64,000 nucleotides of DNA, taken from an uncultured Acidobacteriota bacterium (lineage in GTDB: Bacteria; Acidobacteriota; Thermoanaerobaculia; Gp7-AA8). Each line of letters opens with the position of its first letter. Within the stretch, counting starts at the first letter, position 1. The notes below the pieces were generated by a model that was given only the letters and a program-made list of their open reading frames with translations, was not told the origin of the DNA and did not search any database. The position numbers were made by a program, and so were the translations under genes. Positions 62,397-64,000 of this stretch are shown piece after piece. Location of the stretch: positions 128,001 through 192,000 of the forward strand of contig CAVUKB010000010.1 of assembly GCA_963741955.1 (NCBI GenBank), in the 5' to 3' direction.

Positions 62397-63128
62397 ATGA
62401 CCTCGGGACACACGGCGCACTCATCCGATCACCTCGCTGCGCTCCTCAGCGGCGAGACGAAGGTGTTCGTCGTCGTACCTGCGTTCAACGAAACGAACGC
62501 CATCGACGCGGTGGTCACGGCGCTGAAGCATTTTCCGGTGACGGTGGTGGTGGTGGACGACGGATCCTCTGACGGAACCGGCGCGACCGCTTCTGTGGCG
62601 GGCGCAGTGGTAGTCCGGCACGCGATCAACCGTGGCCAGGGAGCGGCACTCCAGACCGGGATCGAATTCAGTCTCCGGGAGGGGGCAGCTTACGTCGTGA
62701 CCTTCGATAGTGATGGACAACATCGAGCGGAAGACGTTCCACGGCTCCTCGAGCCGTTGCTCGATGGAGTCGCCGACGTGGCTCTCGGATCGAGGTTCCT
62801 CGGCAGGGCCGTAGGAATTCCTCCCCGGAGGCGGGGGCTCCTCCGCGCGGCGGTACTCTTCACGCGCCTTGCCTCCGGTCTGCCGGTCACGGACACGCAC
62901 AACGGGCTCCGTGCGTTCACGCGCGCCGCGGCGGAACGAATCGATATCCGTCTGGACGGAATGGCGCATGCCAGCGAGCTGCTCGATCAGATCCGAGCAG
63001 GGAGGTTTCGCTTCATCGAGGTTCCGGTCGAGATTCGATACAGTGATTACTCGACGAGGAAGGGACAGCGCGACTGGTCGGCGGTTCGAATCGTCTTCGA
63101 GTACTTCCTGGGGCGGTGGTTGCGATGA
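62397..63128 (+). CDS. GT2 family glycosyltransferase (polyprenol-phosphate glycosyltransferase-like)
   Basis: VVPAFNE, VDDGSSD, NRGQGAA, FDSDGQH, GSRF, TDTHNGLR. Confidence 0.92.
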   Translation: MTSGHTAHSSDHLAALLSGETKVFVVVPAFNETNAIDAVVTALKHFPVTVVVVDDGSSDGTGATASVAGAVVVRHAINRGQGAALQTGIEFSLREGAAYVVTFDSDGQHRAEDVPRLLEPLLDGVADVALGSRFLGRAVGIPPRRRGLLRAAVLFTRLASGLPVTDTHNGLRAFTRAAAERIDIRLDGMAHASELLDQIRAGRFRFIEVPVEIRYSDYSTRKGQRDWSAVRIVFEYFLGRWLR

Positions 63129-63535
63129 CACTTTTTCAATGGATCGGTCTTCCCGTGACGGCGATGCTGTTCGTCTTCACGATCGTCGTAGTTGCCAGAC
63201 GGAGGATGAGCCCCCGAGTCGGCCTCGCATGGTCGCTCCTCTGGATTGCGGCCGCGACGGCGATCGCGCAGCCCGAGATCACGGTGGTGATCGCTCATCT
63301 TCTCGGTATCGGACGCGGGACGGATCTGGTGTTCTATCTCGCGATTCTCGCGACGCTCTTCGGCTTTTTCGCCCTCTATCTCCGCATGCGGAAGGTCGAA
63401 ACGGAGATTACCCGCCTGGTTCGGCATCTTGCCCTGCGCGATGCTGCGTCCGATGATTGGCGGAACGACGACGCAACGGGCGCTCCCCGCGACATCGACC
63501 CCGGAGCCCCGACTACAGCGTCGCGCCATTCCTGA
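63125..63535 (+). CDS. DUF2304-like small membrane protein
   Basis: W..LW, LLGIGRGTDLVFY, ITRLVRHLAL; ATGA-coupled to the GT2 gene, the usual pairing. Confidence 0.8.
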   Translation: MTLFQWIGLPVTAMLFVFTIVVVARRRMSPRVGLAWSLLWIAAATAIAQPEITVVIAHLLGIGRGTDLVFYLAILATLFGFFALYLRMRKVETEITRLVRHLALRDAASDDWRNDDATGAPRDIDPGAPTTASRHS

Positions 63536-63580
63536 TCCCTTCCAGCGGGATCGGCGATCACCGGACGAACGCGGTCCGGA

Positions 63581-64000
63581 TCAAGCCGGATAATAGCGCT
63601 GGAGCAGCGCGACGATCGCGGCGCCCAGCGGAATCATGGCGAGCACCAGACCGGCCTGGATCGCGTGCTGTTTCCAGGCGACGCCATTACGCCAGGTGAC
63701 GGACATCATCAACAGGGGGACGAGGGGGAGGAAGTATCTTCCTTGAATTCCCAGGACGTAGTTCGCACCGACCGGATTCCAGAGCACGTACGCAGCGACG
63801 AAAATCACCGCGGCCGACGATAGCCAGCTTGCTGCCAGGGTGAGACGTTCCGAGGAGCGCAACCGCAGGGTCCCAGCGGCCGCGAAGGGAGCGATTCCAG
63901 TGAGAAGGACTCCGCTCAGGCCGTTCGCCCACAACGGCAGCGGCGTATCCAGCCAACCGAGCACGCCGGTGAACTCCCTCAGCTGGACAGTACCGCCGAT
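63581..64000 (-). CDS. DUF2142-like membrane protein (GT-C-like), 5'-truncated
   Basis: GVLGWLDTPLP and GIQGRYFLP motifs with TM segments; frame runs off the window end. Confidence 0.7.
   Translation of the reverse strand: MGGTVQLREFTGVLGWLDTPLPLWANGLSGVLLTGIAPFAAAGTLRLRSSERLTLAASWLSSAAVIFVAAYVLWNPVGANYVLGIQGRYFLPLVPLLMMSVTWRNGVAWKQHAIQAGLVLAMIPLGAAIVALLQRYYPA

Overview
GC-rich bacterial chromosome segment, most likely Acidobacteriota (inferred from the Cys-rich RpoB N-terminal insertion and the rplM-rpsI-rpsB-tsf order). It starts with the 3' part of a multiheme cytochrome c gene (9 CxxCH motifs visible), a MarR regulator with an unusual four-Cys C-terminal extension, and a complete hypCDEABF [NiFe]-hydrogenase maturation operon. 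Next come an ECF-sigma/secreted-hydrolase module, purMN, signalling genes, miaA, comEC, sucCD, ndk, an ECF/anti-sigma/ITPase operon, small lipoproteins and coaE-folD-menG. The rest is a core translation/transcription block: rplM-rpsI-rpsB-tsf-pyrH-frr, ispDF, gltX, pyrD, rlmB, five tRNAs, rpmG-secE-nusG-rplKAJL-rpoBC. Envelope glycosylation genes close the window. The best leads are the Cys-MarR/multiheme/hyp locus with a candidate operator, a membrane-anchored ECF with divergent ECF-type promoters, a catalytically dead cyanophycinase-fold protein beside an orphan kinase, a 185-bp CTAG-bounded MITE-like element, a (TDTTM)n lipoprotein, a PTPS-III-type 'QueD' and an ECF sigma factor with an acidic tail. 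No CRISPR array, rRNA or transposase gene was seen. All calls come from motif recognition by eye; no database searches were run.
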